From contig VBJS01000053.1 in NCBI GenBank assembly GCA_005880055.1, positions 1 to 34,009 on the forward strand: DNA of 34,009 bases, given 5' to 3'. The position numbers were made by a program, and so were the translations under genes. The number at the start of each line of letters is the position of its first letter. Position 1 is the stretch's first letter. Positions 9,001 through 16,135 of this stretch are shown in pieces. The notes under the pieces were generated by a model. That model did not search any database. It was not told where the DNA came from and saw nothing but the letters and a program-made list of their open reading frames with translations. Origin of the DNA: Chloroflexota bacterium (GTDB taxonomy: Bacteria > Chloroflexota > Dehalococcoidia > SM23-28-2 > RBG-16-64-32).

Positions 9001-9932
9001 ACTGGGGAAGGCGGGCGCTCAGGCTCGCGCGGGGAAGCGGCGACCGCCGGCAGATTGCCTACGCGCAAAACATGCTCGCCAACTCGTACATGGAGGGTGG
9101 AGACCTACACCGCGCCGTCAATCATCTGCGGAGGGCCGTGCGGCTGTACCACGAACTCGGAGATTTTCAGGGGCAGGCCTCGGCCAACAACAACCTTGGG
9201 ATGTGCTATCACTTGCAGGGAACCCTGGATGCGGCCCTGTACTACTACGATGTCGCTCTGCAGGCAGACCGACGGGTAGGGGACGCGGTAGATGCAGCCG
9301 TTGTGGAGAGCAACATCGGCGAGGTCTTGCTGATGCTGGGCCGTACCGGCGAGGCAATGAACTCGTTAACACGCGTCATTTCCGCGACGAGATCGGTCGC
9401 GGACCTGGCAGCTCTGTCTGGACTGGCACACGTAAATCTCAGCCGCTGTCACCTGGCGCTGGGGCAGACGGAAGCGGCAGAGCGTTACCTGCGGCGGGGA
9501 CAGAGGCTGCTAAGGCGAGTGGGCGCCGCTGGACTGCTGGTTGAGGCGCAAATGCAGCACGCCGAGTTGCTGCTGGCGAAAGGCAACGCTGCGCTGGCGC
9601 GCAGGGTAGTCAGCGCCGCCCTGAGAGAGGCGCGCAATTTGCACGCGGGACTGCTGGAGGCGCGGGGAGAGCGGCTCCTGGGTGAAGCGTTGCTACGCAT
9701 CGGACGGGTGCAGCTGGCCGCGGAGCATCTAAGGGAAAGCGTAACGCGCTCTCGCAGGGCGGGAGCCGTTCATGAGGAGGCGCAGGCGGCGATGGCGCTG
9801 GCTGAATGCCTGAAGACCCTGGGAAAGCCCCCGCCGCGGGCCTCGTCCTATCGCGAGCCTCCCGGGCGCAATTTGCGAAAGGGTGGACAACGCGGGGGCG
9901 GGGTTATGCCTGAACACGCGGCCCCGCGGTGA
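6015..9932 (+). CDS. Multidomain signalling protein: two tandem class III adenylate/guanylate cyclase domains, an AAA_16 (STAND-like) ATPase and C-terminal TPR repeats
   Basis: - Cyclase domain 1 has HCDITGFTAMSE and KFGGDAMLLLF.
- Cyclase domain 2 has RIGINSGFAFAGEVGS..REYTVIGDVVNLAARLM..GEIIVS.
- The P-loop is FVHADAGMGKSRLMREL, followed by LLLMIDDAHWMD (Walker B-like).
- The C-terminal 400 aa are TPR-like (YGQALYAL, AESYRQAL, AYAQNMLANSYMEGGDLHRAVNHLRRAV, ASANNNLGMCY..).
- Start choice: GTG 6015 has GGGAGA 9 nt upstream. In-frame alternatives are 5964 (GTG) and 6030 (ATG). Confidence 0.85.
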   Translation: MGRAIMQSSPLGTQDRLRAFLPAPLIRKWCQDGGHTPVWGSWLTGSLMHCDITGFTAMSEALTTLGKEGAEVMVGILNRFFERMLGIAEGWGGAQMKFGGDAMLLLFEGERHAERSAVCALEMQRAMRDFRSVAAGDSRHQLRMRIGIHAGRFYSASIGDPQLMLHYMLSGADVNRTAAAEPIASPGKVVVTGELAQLLPRGSSVTPVSDGLFRISRVSYKRAVKIPNQEKQVELPAALADYLPAPLRDAPFATSAAGEHRRVTVMFINVLGLARLLAADDEAGLHELDTYVRTLVQVLDRYGGFLLGSDVAEEGEKLIVLFGAPVSRERLEEAAVSCAVEFDCAAVARGLRLKHRIGINSGFAFAGEVGSIRRREYTVIGDVVNLAARLMAAAHPGEIIVSSQTASAAGHGFGWQRMRPLKVKGKAAPVRAMRVASDRQRGDDDERAAPLVGRRRELEQLERISRRVEGGRPQWAFVHADAGMGKSRLMRELAGRLSERGWLTAVTECQAHTSQVPLAPWAALLKSMLNGSEPATSWPTLESALRRLGRPDETGAAMLAPILGIAVPERLAGRLTQGESRQEKLAEVLARLLDIRAADRALLLMIDDAHWMDAASTELLGAVLMRLSAHVFVCVTSRNPMAPTVTRRLAQRPALTLTLQPLSPEDARLLVAGAGGREELAQEMIDRAQGNPLFLREFIRSGAGVLQTVPETINDLIMARFDGLPINLKSVLRVAAVIGPSFEPAAVTSLLEGRTDGRQVQRALRLLASRGFTESAGEKAYRFTHALLQDVVYETLPYDQRRRLHRGVMHYLETGFEGRLDSVCELLVHHAQKAGEGPRVARYSVMSGDRAARIFANEAAIRYYGQALYALDSCRAGGQVDRSFIHELIGDCLETLGRHGEAAESYRQALHVLQQRGRPIRARYLGCRTIRLSRNANLCRKIGVSLERASQYEEAIGWLDNALAALPARNARLGAQIAAAKSVSLFRKGMYQQGIDWGRRALRLARGSGDRRQIAYAQNMLANSYMEGGDLHRAVNHLRRAVRLYHELGDFQGQASANNNLGMCYHLQGTLDAALYYYDVALQADRRVGDAVDAAVVESNIGEVLLMLGRTGEAMNSLTRVISATRSVADLAALSGLAHVNLSRCHLALGQTEAAERYLRRGQRLLRRVGAAGLLVEAQMQHAELLLAKGNAALARRVVSAALREARNLHAGLLEARGERLLGEALLRIGRVQLAAEHLRESVTRSRRAGAVHEEAQAAMALAECLKTLGKPPPRASSYREPPGRNLRKGGQRGGGVMPEHAAPR

Positions 9933-12385
9933 AGAACACGGCCGCGGCCGCGGCGCTGCTCACCATTCTGCTGGCGCTTGGCGCAGGTCGCTATCTTACG
10001 CCCGCTGCCGGGGCGCCGGCCGCACCAGGTGAGTTACTGTTTCGTTTGACTCCCGGCCCAGGCGGAAGCCGCTTGACGGCAGTCACCTCTCGTATTCAGT
10101 TCTTTGCGGGGATGGCAGAGGTGAACTACAACAGGCAATTGGACCTTTGGCGGGTAAGAGTCGCGGTCGACGGATCGATTGATTCCGTGGTGGCCGCACT
10201 GACGGCAGACCCCGGCGCGTCGTTCGTCCAGCGGAACTACATCTATACGAATCAGACGGCGCCGAACGACCCGCTATACCGGCAAAAGCAACATCCTTAT
10301 TACGCCGCCGTCGACGCGCAGGCGGCATGGAGCCTGGATACAAGCGGTTCCCCCGTAATCGTCGCCGTAGTGGACGGCGGCGTGGATGTTCAACAACCGG
10401 AGCTGGACTCCAAGATCTGGAGAAACCCAGGGGAGGTGCAGGACGGCATCGATAACGACGGCAACGGCTGCATCGATGACGTGCACGGGTGCGATTTCCA
10501 GGCGAGCCCTGCGGACGGTAATGTGCGGGACCTGGACGGGCACGGGACGTTCGTCTCGGGAATCATCGGAGCAGAATCGGATAACGGTAAGGGAGTGGGG
10601 GGTGTGGCCTGGAAGTCGGTGATCCTGACCGTGCGAGCGTTGGATTCCAGCGGTAAGGGCACAACGGAACAACTTTCAGCGGGGATTCAATATGCCGCGA
10701 AGAACGGGGCGAAGGTGATCAATCTCAGCCTGGCGCTGGCGCCGGAAGGCGGTGTCTGCCCAACGGATGCCATAGTGGACGATGTCTTGAGGCAGGCGCA
10801 CGATCAACAAGGAGTGACGATCGTGGCCGCGGCGGGCAATTTTGACCTGCCATGCGTTGCCTTTCCGGGGTCCAGCGCTTACACCATCGCCGTTTCCGCA
10901 TCAGGACCGCCGTCTGATCCAGATATTCGCGCCTTCTTCTCCCACTGGGGGCCGGAGGTGGACGTGACCGCACCGGGCATTGATATCATCTCCACCTGCC
11001 CAGTGCCAACGGCCCTGCCCACCAATTATTGCCCGGGAACCGATTACGGAGCAGGTAGCGGGACGTCGTTTTCGACGCCGATTGTGGCCGGAGCGGCGGC
11101 GCTAATGTTGTCGCATGACCCAGCGCTAACCAACGAGCGGATCCGGCAACGCCTGCGGGAAACGGCTCTGGATCTGCCGGACGGCAACCATCCCAACTGG
11201 GACGGTGCAGGGCGGATCGACCTTGGCGCGGCGCTTGGCGTTCCTGCAGTGTTTGCGGCTGTGGACCTAAACGCTCCCGACATATCTGAGCTCGAGCTGG
11301 CGGTAACGGTCGGGCCACAGACTCATCCGTTATGTCGAGCGGCCTTCTGGGACGCGCCGGTTATACCGGGTAACGCCTTGCACGGGTCGTTCGGCGCCGG
11401 GGAGTGTGGTGAGTACTGGCCTCCGTCGGTCTCGCGTCCGTGGTCCTTAACCGCCTCGACGGCGGCCGGTAAGGAGGCATGGATAAACGACTGGGGCGTG
11501 CGCCGCGGCAGCGCCTACTGCTCCTCCCGCGCAGGCGCGGCAGGCGTGAGTGCGGCGGCGCCGGCACTGGTGCTCAATGAGTGTTCCGGTACCCGGGTCG
11601 TGGAGAACGACACGGCCGACGGCGCGACGGTGCTGGACAGCGCGCACCTGCCTCTGCATTTTGAGCAGGACCTGCTGTACGCGACGGCAGCCGGAGATCC
11701 CGCGCTTTCCTGTGCCCCCAGCTTCAGCCGCAGCGTCTGGTATCGCATTGATGCCACGGGCCAGCCGGAGGGCATCAGCGCGGATACTTTCGGCAGCTCG
11801 TTCGATACCGTTCTGGCCGTGTTTAAGGAGTCTCCATCCGGGCTGGTTGAGGTAGGGTGCAACGACCAGTTCGCCTCTGCACAGTCGAAGGTTTCCTGGC
11901 AGGCCGACGGGAAGTCGACGTACTTCGTGCTTGCAGCTGCGTTCCAGACACTGGAGGCCGGGCGCCTGAAGATAAACTTGAATCCCGCGTTTGTCCCAAA
12001 AAACGAATCGCCAGAAGACGCGCTCCAGTTGCCCGCTAATACACAATACCCACTCGTTGAGCCGGCGCAAAACGCGAGCCCGCAGGCCGATAACCCGGGC
12101 ATATCCTGCGCGTTTCGGTATCGGTACAGTCTCTGGTTCCATGTCTCTTCTACGGCCGGGCAGACGCAGACCGCGACGAGCGAGGGAAGCGACTACGATA
12201 CGGCAATTGCCGTGTTCGCCAAGAACAGCGACGGGACCATGACGGAAGTCGCGTGCAACGACGAGGCTTCGTCCGAGGTGCACACCTCGCTGGTCTCCTG
12301 GCAGGCCGCCGGTTATGGCCGGCGCTTACGGCGACAAGACGCCGGGCGTCTTGCACCTGGCCGTACGTTCTCGCTAGCGCTATAG
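9929..12385 (+). CDS. Secreted subtilisin-like serine protease (peptidase S8) with N-terminal propeptide and two C-terminal PPC-like beta-sandwich repeats
   Basis: - Signal peptide: MKNTAAAAALLTILLALGAG.
- Catalytic triad contexts: VAVVDGGVD (Asp), HGTFVSGII (His), GTSFSTPIVAGAAAL (Ser).
- Acidic insert: DGIDNDGNGCIDDVHGCD.
- Two roughly 130-aa C-terminal repeats (..SVWYRIDA..FDTVLAVF..EVGCNDQ.. and ..SLWFHVSS..YDTAIAVF..EVACNDE..).
- The GTG start overlaps the upstream stop (GTGA). Confidence 0.9.
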   Translation: MKNTAAAAALLTILLALGAGRYLTPAAGAPAAPGELLFRLTPGPGGSRLTAVTSRIQFFAGMAEVNYNRQLDLWRVRVAVDGSIDSVVAALTADPGASFVQRNYIYTNQTAPNDPLYRQKQHPYYAAVDAQAAWSLDTSGSPVIVAVVDGGVDVQQPELDSKIWRNPGEVQDGIDNDGNGCIDDVHGCDFQASPADGNVRDLDGHGTFVSGIIGAESDNGKGVGGVAWKSVILTVRALDSSGKGTTEQLSAGIQYAAKNGAKVINLSLALAPEGGVCPTDAIVDDVLRQAHDQQGVTIVAAAGNFDLPCVAFPGSSAYTIAVSASGPPSDPDIRAFFSHWGPEVDVTAPGIDIISTCPVPTALPTNYCPGTDYGAGSGTSFSTPIVAGAAALMLSHDPALTNERIRQRLRETALDLPDGNHPNWDGAGRIDLGAALGVPAVFAAVDLNAPDISELELAVTVGPQTHPLCRAAFWDAPVIPGNALHGSFGAGECGEYWPPSVSRPWSLTASTAAGKEAWINDWGVRRGSAYCSSRAGAAGVSAAAPALVLNECSGTRVVENDTADGATVLDSAHLPLHFEQDLLYATAAGDPALSCAPSFSRSVWYRIDATGQPEGISADTFGSSFDTVLAVFKESPSGLVEVGCNDQFASAQSKVSWQADGKSTYFVLAAAFQTLEAGRLKINLNPAFVPKNESPEDALQLPANTQYPLVEPAQNASPQADNPGISCAFRYRYSLWFHVSSTAGQTQTATSEGSDYDTAIAVFAKNSDGTMTEVACNDEASSEVHTSLVSWQAAGYGRRLRRQDAGRLAPGRTFSLAL

Positions 12386-12415
12386 CGGTTAGGCGCTGAA
12401 GGTCAGGGCGCCAAT

Positions 12416-15400
12416 CTATGGCAAGACGGCGCTTATCGCAGTGCACGGTGGCGATTGGCTGTACGCAAGCCCTGCTGCGAATCGCAATATCTTGAGCGCA
12501 TCCACTGAGTTCACCTGACCGTTGCAGTCTACGTCGCCGAAGATCTGGTTGAGCAGGGCGCCAATCTGAGGGCAGGCGGCGGCCTGAACTACCGGCAGGC
12601 CGGCAGTGTAGCGAAGCGTTTTGAGCGCATCCACTGAGTTGACGGCGCTACTGCAGTCCACGTCCCCCTGCATCAGGGTCGGCGGTGGCACCCCGGTTGC
12701 CTGCTTGCACGCGGAGAACTCGGAGGTATTGCCGCTCGGGTCCGTGGCGGTGGCCGTCACGAACATTCCGTTTGGCACGATTGTCGGGAAGACGTGGTTG
12801 TAGCTGGCGTTCCCGCCGCCGTCAGTCGTGATATCGACTGAACCAACGAAGACGCGGCCTTCGCCGAAGCCGGAAGGGTCGCAGGCGGGATCGGAGAAGA
12901 GCTGAATCGTGAATACCGTATTCGCCAGACTGTTCAGCGTCCCCGTCATAGTCGTGCCGGAAGCGGTACTATTGGACGAGCTGACGATCGGGTAGTTCTG
13001 AAGCATGTTTGCACCGGAGTCGCCATCTCCCCCGTCGTTTGCCGTAACGCCGTCGAATCCGAGGTCGATGCCGAGGCTGGTATTGAGGGTAATCGAGTTG
13101 GAGAGCATAGAATTGCCCGTGCCGGAATCCACCAGGACGCCGTTTGCGCCGTTGAAGGCGATAGTGTTGCCAGCACCGGCCGCGCTGCCGCCGACCACGT
13201 TGTTCGAGGCGTTGCCACCTATCCGAACGCCGTCAAACGTGTTGCCCAGAGCGGCGTTGCCGGCGGCCGTTGTGCCAATGTAGTTCCCCTGAATCGTGTT
13301 TCCGCTTGCACCGCCGTTCTGGATGAAGACGCCGGTGCCGTTGCCGGAGATCACGTTCCGTGCCGCCGGCGAGGTGCCGCCGATGGTGTTGCTCGGTGCG
13401 CCGTTGATGAAGACTCCGTGCTGCGCGTTCCCCAGATCGGCGCTTCCGGCAGCATTGGTACCGATGTAATTTCCCCGAACCACGTTGCCGGACGCCGCGA
13501 CACCGAGGATTTCCACGCCCATTGAGCCGTTCCCGGAAATCACGTTCGCAAAGCCCGTCCCGCCGCCACCGATGGTATTGGCCGGCGCATCGCTGATGTA
13601 AATGCCGTCGCCGCCGTTAGCTATGGCGCCGTTTCCGCTGACGCTCACACCGATATAGTTTCCCTGTACCGTGTTGCCGGTGCCTCCTGCGGCATCGATT
13701 TCAACCCCATGGATGCCGTTTCCCGAGATGACGTTGCGCGCGCCGGCCGTGTTGCCGCCGATTATGCTTCCCGGCGCGCCGACGACGAGCACCCCTTCGC
13801 CGCTGTTCCCGAGGGCCGCCATACCACTAACGTCTGTACCAATGAAATTGCCTTTAACCTGTGTTCCGCTGGCGCCGCTGCCCGTTAGGGTCACCCCGGA
13901 TGCCACGAAAAGTGCGCCGTTCCCGGAGATGACATTGCGTGCGCCGGAGTTTGTACCCCCGATGACCGTGTTCGGCGCGCCGTTGATGTAAATTCCGTCT
14001 TTGTGATTGCCCACGGCGCTTGTGGCAGTGGGGTTTGTCCCGATGTGATTGCCCTGAATCGTAGTGCCGGCGGCGCCGGCCGCATCGATCTCAATGCCAT
14101 AAGCGACGTTGCCGGAGATCACGTTGCCCGCTCCTGATGCCGTGCCGCCGATGGTGTTACTCGGAGCGCCGTTGATACGGATTCCATTCCCAGTGTTGCT
14201 TATGAGCAAGCCGTTGGGCAGCTCGGTGTTCCCGGTAATGTCCGTGCCGATGTAATTGCCCTGAACAAGGTTGCCGGTGGAGGCAGCGCCACTGATCTCG
14301 ATGCCATGGTTGTTGTTTCCGGAGACAACGTTGCGTGCCCCACTGGCCGGCCCGCCAATCGTATTGCCGGGCGCCGCGCTTATCATAATCCCGTACGCGA
14401 TATTGCCCAGGTCAAGGTTGCCTGTGACGTCCGTCCCCACCAAGTTGCCCTGAATGAGGTTGCCGGTAGCTGCGCCCGACTGCACCTGAATGCCGATGAG
14501 GTTGAAGGAGACCACGTTGCCGGCCCCGGCCGCGGTGCCACCGATAATGTTGCCCGGCGCACCGTTAACCAGTACCCCGTAAAGGCCGTTCCGCGTCTTG
14601 ATGGTGGCCGTGGCGCCGGAAGACTCGGTCCCGATATAATTGCCTTCCAGGTGATTGCCGGTGGCGCCGCCGCCCGTTATCTCCACGCCGTCGGAGCCGT
14701 TGCCGGAGATTGTGTTGCCGGCCCCCGTTGTGCTGCCGCCAATTGTGTTGTTGCCCACGCCGGTGATGTGCACGCCATCGCCTTTGTTCCCGAAGTCCAG
14801 CGTGCCTCCGATGTCCAGGCCAATGATGTTACCTTCCACCACATTGCCGGTGGCACCGGAGCCGGCGATCTCGACGCCGTGTGCGTCGTTCAGGGAGCCG
14901 CGGCCTGCTCCGGAGATAATGTTGCAGGCGCCGGTGCAGGGGCCTCCGGGCGTGGCGCCAGCCGTACCGCCGATCGTGTTATTCGAAGAGCCGTTGATGA
15001 AGATGCCGCTTCCGGCGTTGCCGTACTCGTCGCCGTTACCCGGTATCCCGTTCGGGTCTTCGATAGTCCCGGTAACGTCTACGCCGATGAAGTTGCCCTC
15101 GATGACGTTGTTGCCGGCGCTTTGGAGCTCGATACCGTTACTGCCGGAGACGCTGCCGAACTTATAGATGGCAAGACCTCGAACGGTGCTGTTGCCGGCC
15201 GTGATGCGCAGCCCGTCCACGAGCGCGCCAGCAGAAAGGCCGCTCAACTCTATAACAGGCTTATCAACGAACCCGGGCTGCGTATGGCCGTCTATGATGA
15301 CCGGATCACCGATGACCGGCAGCGGAGAGATAGGCTGGATCTTGAAGGTCCCCGTCGAAGCGACGTAACCGGGGTCACTCGCAGGAATGTTGAATGCGAT

Positions 15401-15631
15401 GGTATCGAGCCCGGCGGAGTTGGGAGCGTTTGCCTGCTCAATAGCCGCGCGCAGCGTGCAGACGCCATTGCCCGTCGCTGTCTCGCAGATTCCGTCGTTA
15501 GTGTTCGCGTCCTGACCGTTCCCGGTGGAACTTACAGTGAACGTTGCCGCGTGCGCGGGTTCGACGCCCATGAGAAGCGCTCCGAGAAGTAGACTCAAGA
15601 CAACGGACAAGAGAACAGAAAGGCGTTTCAA
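12416..15631 (-). CDS. Secreted CSLREA-type parallel beta-helix repeat protein with C-terminal dockerin domain
   Basis: - TTG start with GGAGG 7 nt upstream; signal peptide MKRLSVLLSVVLSLLLGALLMGVEPAHA.
- CSLREA-like motif GVCTLRAAIEQAN.
- About ten 70-aa super-repeats (NTIGGTxxGAGNVISGNxxxGIEIxGxxAxGNxVQGNYIGT).
- Module LGIDLGFDGVTANDGGDGDSGANMLQNYP..DPSGFGEG..ATATDPSGNTSEFS.
- Two dockerin-type EF-hand repeats at 12419-12667: GDVDCSSAVNSVDALKTLRY and GDVDCNGQVNSVDALKILRF. Confidence 0.9.
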   Translation of the reverse strand: MKRLSVLLSVVLSLLLGALLMGVEPAHAATFTVSSTGNGQDANTNDGICETATGNGVCTLRAAIEQANAPNSAGLDTIAFNIPASDPGYVASTGTFKIQPISPLPVIGDPVIIDGHTQPGFVDKPVIELSGLSAGALVDGLRITAGNSTVRGLAIYKFGSVSGSNGIELQSAGNNVIEGNFIGVDVTGTIEDPNGIPGNGDEYGNAGSGIFINGSSNNTIGGTAGATPGGPCTGACNIISGAGRGSLNDAHGVEIAGSGATGNVVEGNIIGLDIGGTLDFGNKGDGVHITGVGNNTIGGSTTGAGNTISGNGSDGVEITGGGATGNHLEGNYIGTESSGATATIKTRNGLYGVLVNGAPGNIIGGTAAGAGNVVSFNLIGIQVQSGAATGNLIQGNLVGTDVTGNLDLGNIAYGIMISAAPGNTIGGPASGARNVVSGNNNHGIEISGAASTGNLVQGNYIGTDITGNTELPNGLLISNTGNGIRINGAPSNTIGGTASGAGNVISGNVAYGIEIDAAGAAGTTIQGNHIGTNPTATSAVGNHKDGIYINGAPNTVIGGTNSGARNVISGNGALFVASGVTLTGSGASGTQVKGNFIGTDVSGMAALGNSGEGVLVVGAPGSIIGGNTAGARNVISGNGIHGVEIDAAGGTGNTVQGNYIGVSVSGNGAIANGGDGIYISDAPANTIGGGGTGFANVISGNGSMGVEILGVAASGNVVRGNYIGTNAAGSADLGNAQHGVFINGAPSNTIGGTSPAARNVISGNGTGVFIQNGGASGNTIQGNYIGTTAAGNAALGNTFDGVRIGGNASNNVVGGSAAGAGNTIAFNGANGVLVDSGTGNSMLSNSITLNTSLGIDLGFDGVTANDGGDGDSGANMLQNYPIVSSSNSTASGTTMTGTLNSLANTVFTIQLFSDPACDPSGFGEGRVFVGSVDITTDGGGNASYNHVFPTIVPNGMFVTATATDPSGNTSEFSACKQATGVPPPTLMQGDVDCSSAVNSVDALKTLRYTAGLPVVQAAACPQIGALLNQIFGDVDCNGQVNSVDALKILRFAAGLAYSQSPPCTAISAVLP
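13079..15230 (-). repeat. Diverged in-frame coding repeats (about 210-nt super-repeat, three beta-helix coils each) within the beta-helix gene
   Basis: The periodic protein motif xNTIGGxxxGAxNVISGN recurs about 10 times. The DNA copies are diverged, not identical. Boundaries are approximate. Confidence 0.7.
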
Positions 15632-15888
15632 GGGGTCCTCCGATCAGTCATGCGAGATGCGCAACCTGTATCCTCGTGGTAAGACGCAGCGCACCTGCCC
15701 GGCGTAACCGCGGATGCCGGCCGGACGGCAAGAATCAGCAGATCGATATGCTCAACGGGAATCTGCTTCACGATGCACCCTCGTTCAGCTCTCAACGCTT
15801 GGCCTTCTGCCGGCCGAATAGCCCCCAGCCGGCAAGGAGCCTATTATCTAGGGGAACGCCAGGAATTGGCGAAGGTTAAAGTTTAAGG

Positions 15889-16098
15889 ATGCAGGTCCGT
15901 GGGATCAGAGTCCTCTGGATTGTGCTGGCATTGCTGGCCGTTTTTGTCATCTTCATCGAGTTCATCGCCAACGTGGGCGGGAGCGACGAGCCGCTCGCGG
16001 TGCCCCAGCCAACCCGCCAGGCGCAGCCGGCCGCAACTCGACAGTTGGCCGGCGATTCTCTTATTGGACCAACGAGTCTTCGCCTGATCGACGTTTGA
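15889..16098 (+). CDS. Small hypothetical membrane protein (single TM helix)
   Basis: 69 codons. A clear hydrophobic helix is present (VLWIVLALLAVFVIFIEFIANV), and third-position GC looks coding-like. No convincing spaced SD: AGGA abuts the ATG. Confidence 0.4.
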   Translation: MQVRGIRVLWIVLALLAVFVIFIEFIANVGGSDEPLAVPQPTRQAQPAATRQLAGDSLIGPTSLRLIDV

Positions 16099-16135
16099 AC
16101 CAAGCCGGCCGGAGCCGACGGCTTGCCCTTAATGA

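Noticed and set aside
6015-12385. Reading the cyclase-STAND-TPR plus protease pair as an anti-phage defence system (Avs-, Pycsar- or CBASS-like)
   Set aside because: The protease has a signal peptide and propeptide, so it is exported and cannot be a cytoplasmic cyclic-nucleotide-activated effector. No nuclease, TIR, SAVED or CARF domain and no transmembrane effector lies nearby. The cyclase is a class III CHD type rather than a CD-NTase or Pycsar type as far as motifs show. The architecture resembles known actinobacterial signalling proteins.
12392-12412. Imperfect hairpins between convergent genes (12392-12412, ggcgctga..tcagggcgcc; 16100-16127, caagccg..cggcttg) as bidirectional terminators
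   Set aside because: The stems are short or bulged and no U-tract is present on either strand. The evidence is too weak to list them as features.
13079-15230. Periodic repeats that might suggest a CRISPR array or a satellite
   Set aside because: The units are about 210 nt, diverged, contiguous without spacers, and in frame within a protein with beta-helix periodicity. No cas genes are present.
14306-15592. 428-aa ORF on the + strand, plus other + strand ORFs at 13005-15368, antisense to the beta-helix gene
   Set aside because: These are shadow ORFs of a GC-rich, repeat-rich gene. The translations are Ala/Arg/Gly/Val-rich and have no motifs. The minus-strand frame has a signal peptide, an SD and coherent repeats.
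15632-15888. The largest intergenic region (257 nt) as a possible ncRNA or riboswitch; it contains the hairpin tgccggc..gccggca at about 15809-15838
   Set aside because: I recognise no conserved RNA family motif, and a single 7-bp hairpin is insufficient. It most likely holds divergent promoter regions for the beta-helix gene and the small membrane ORF.
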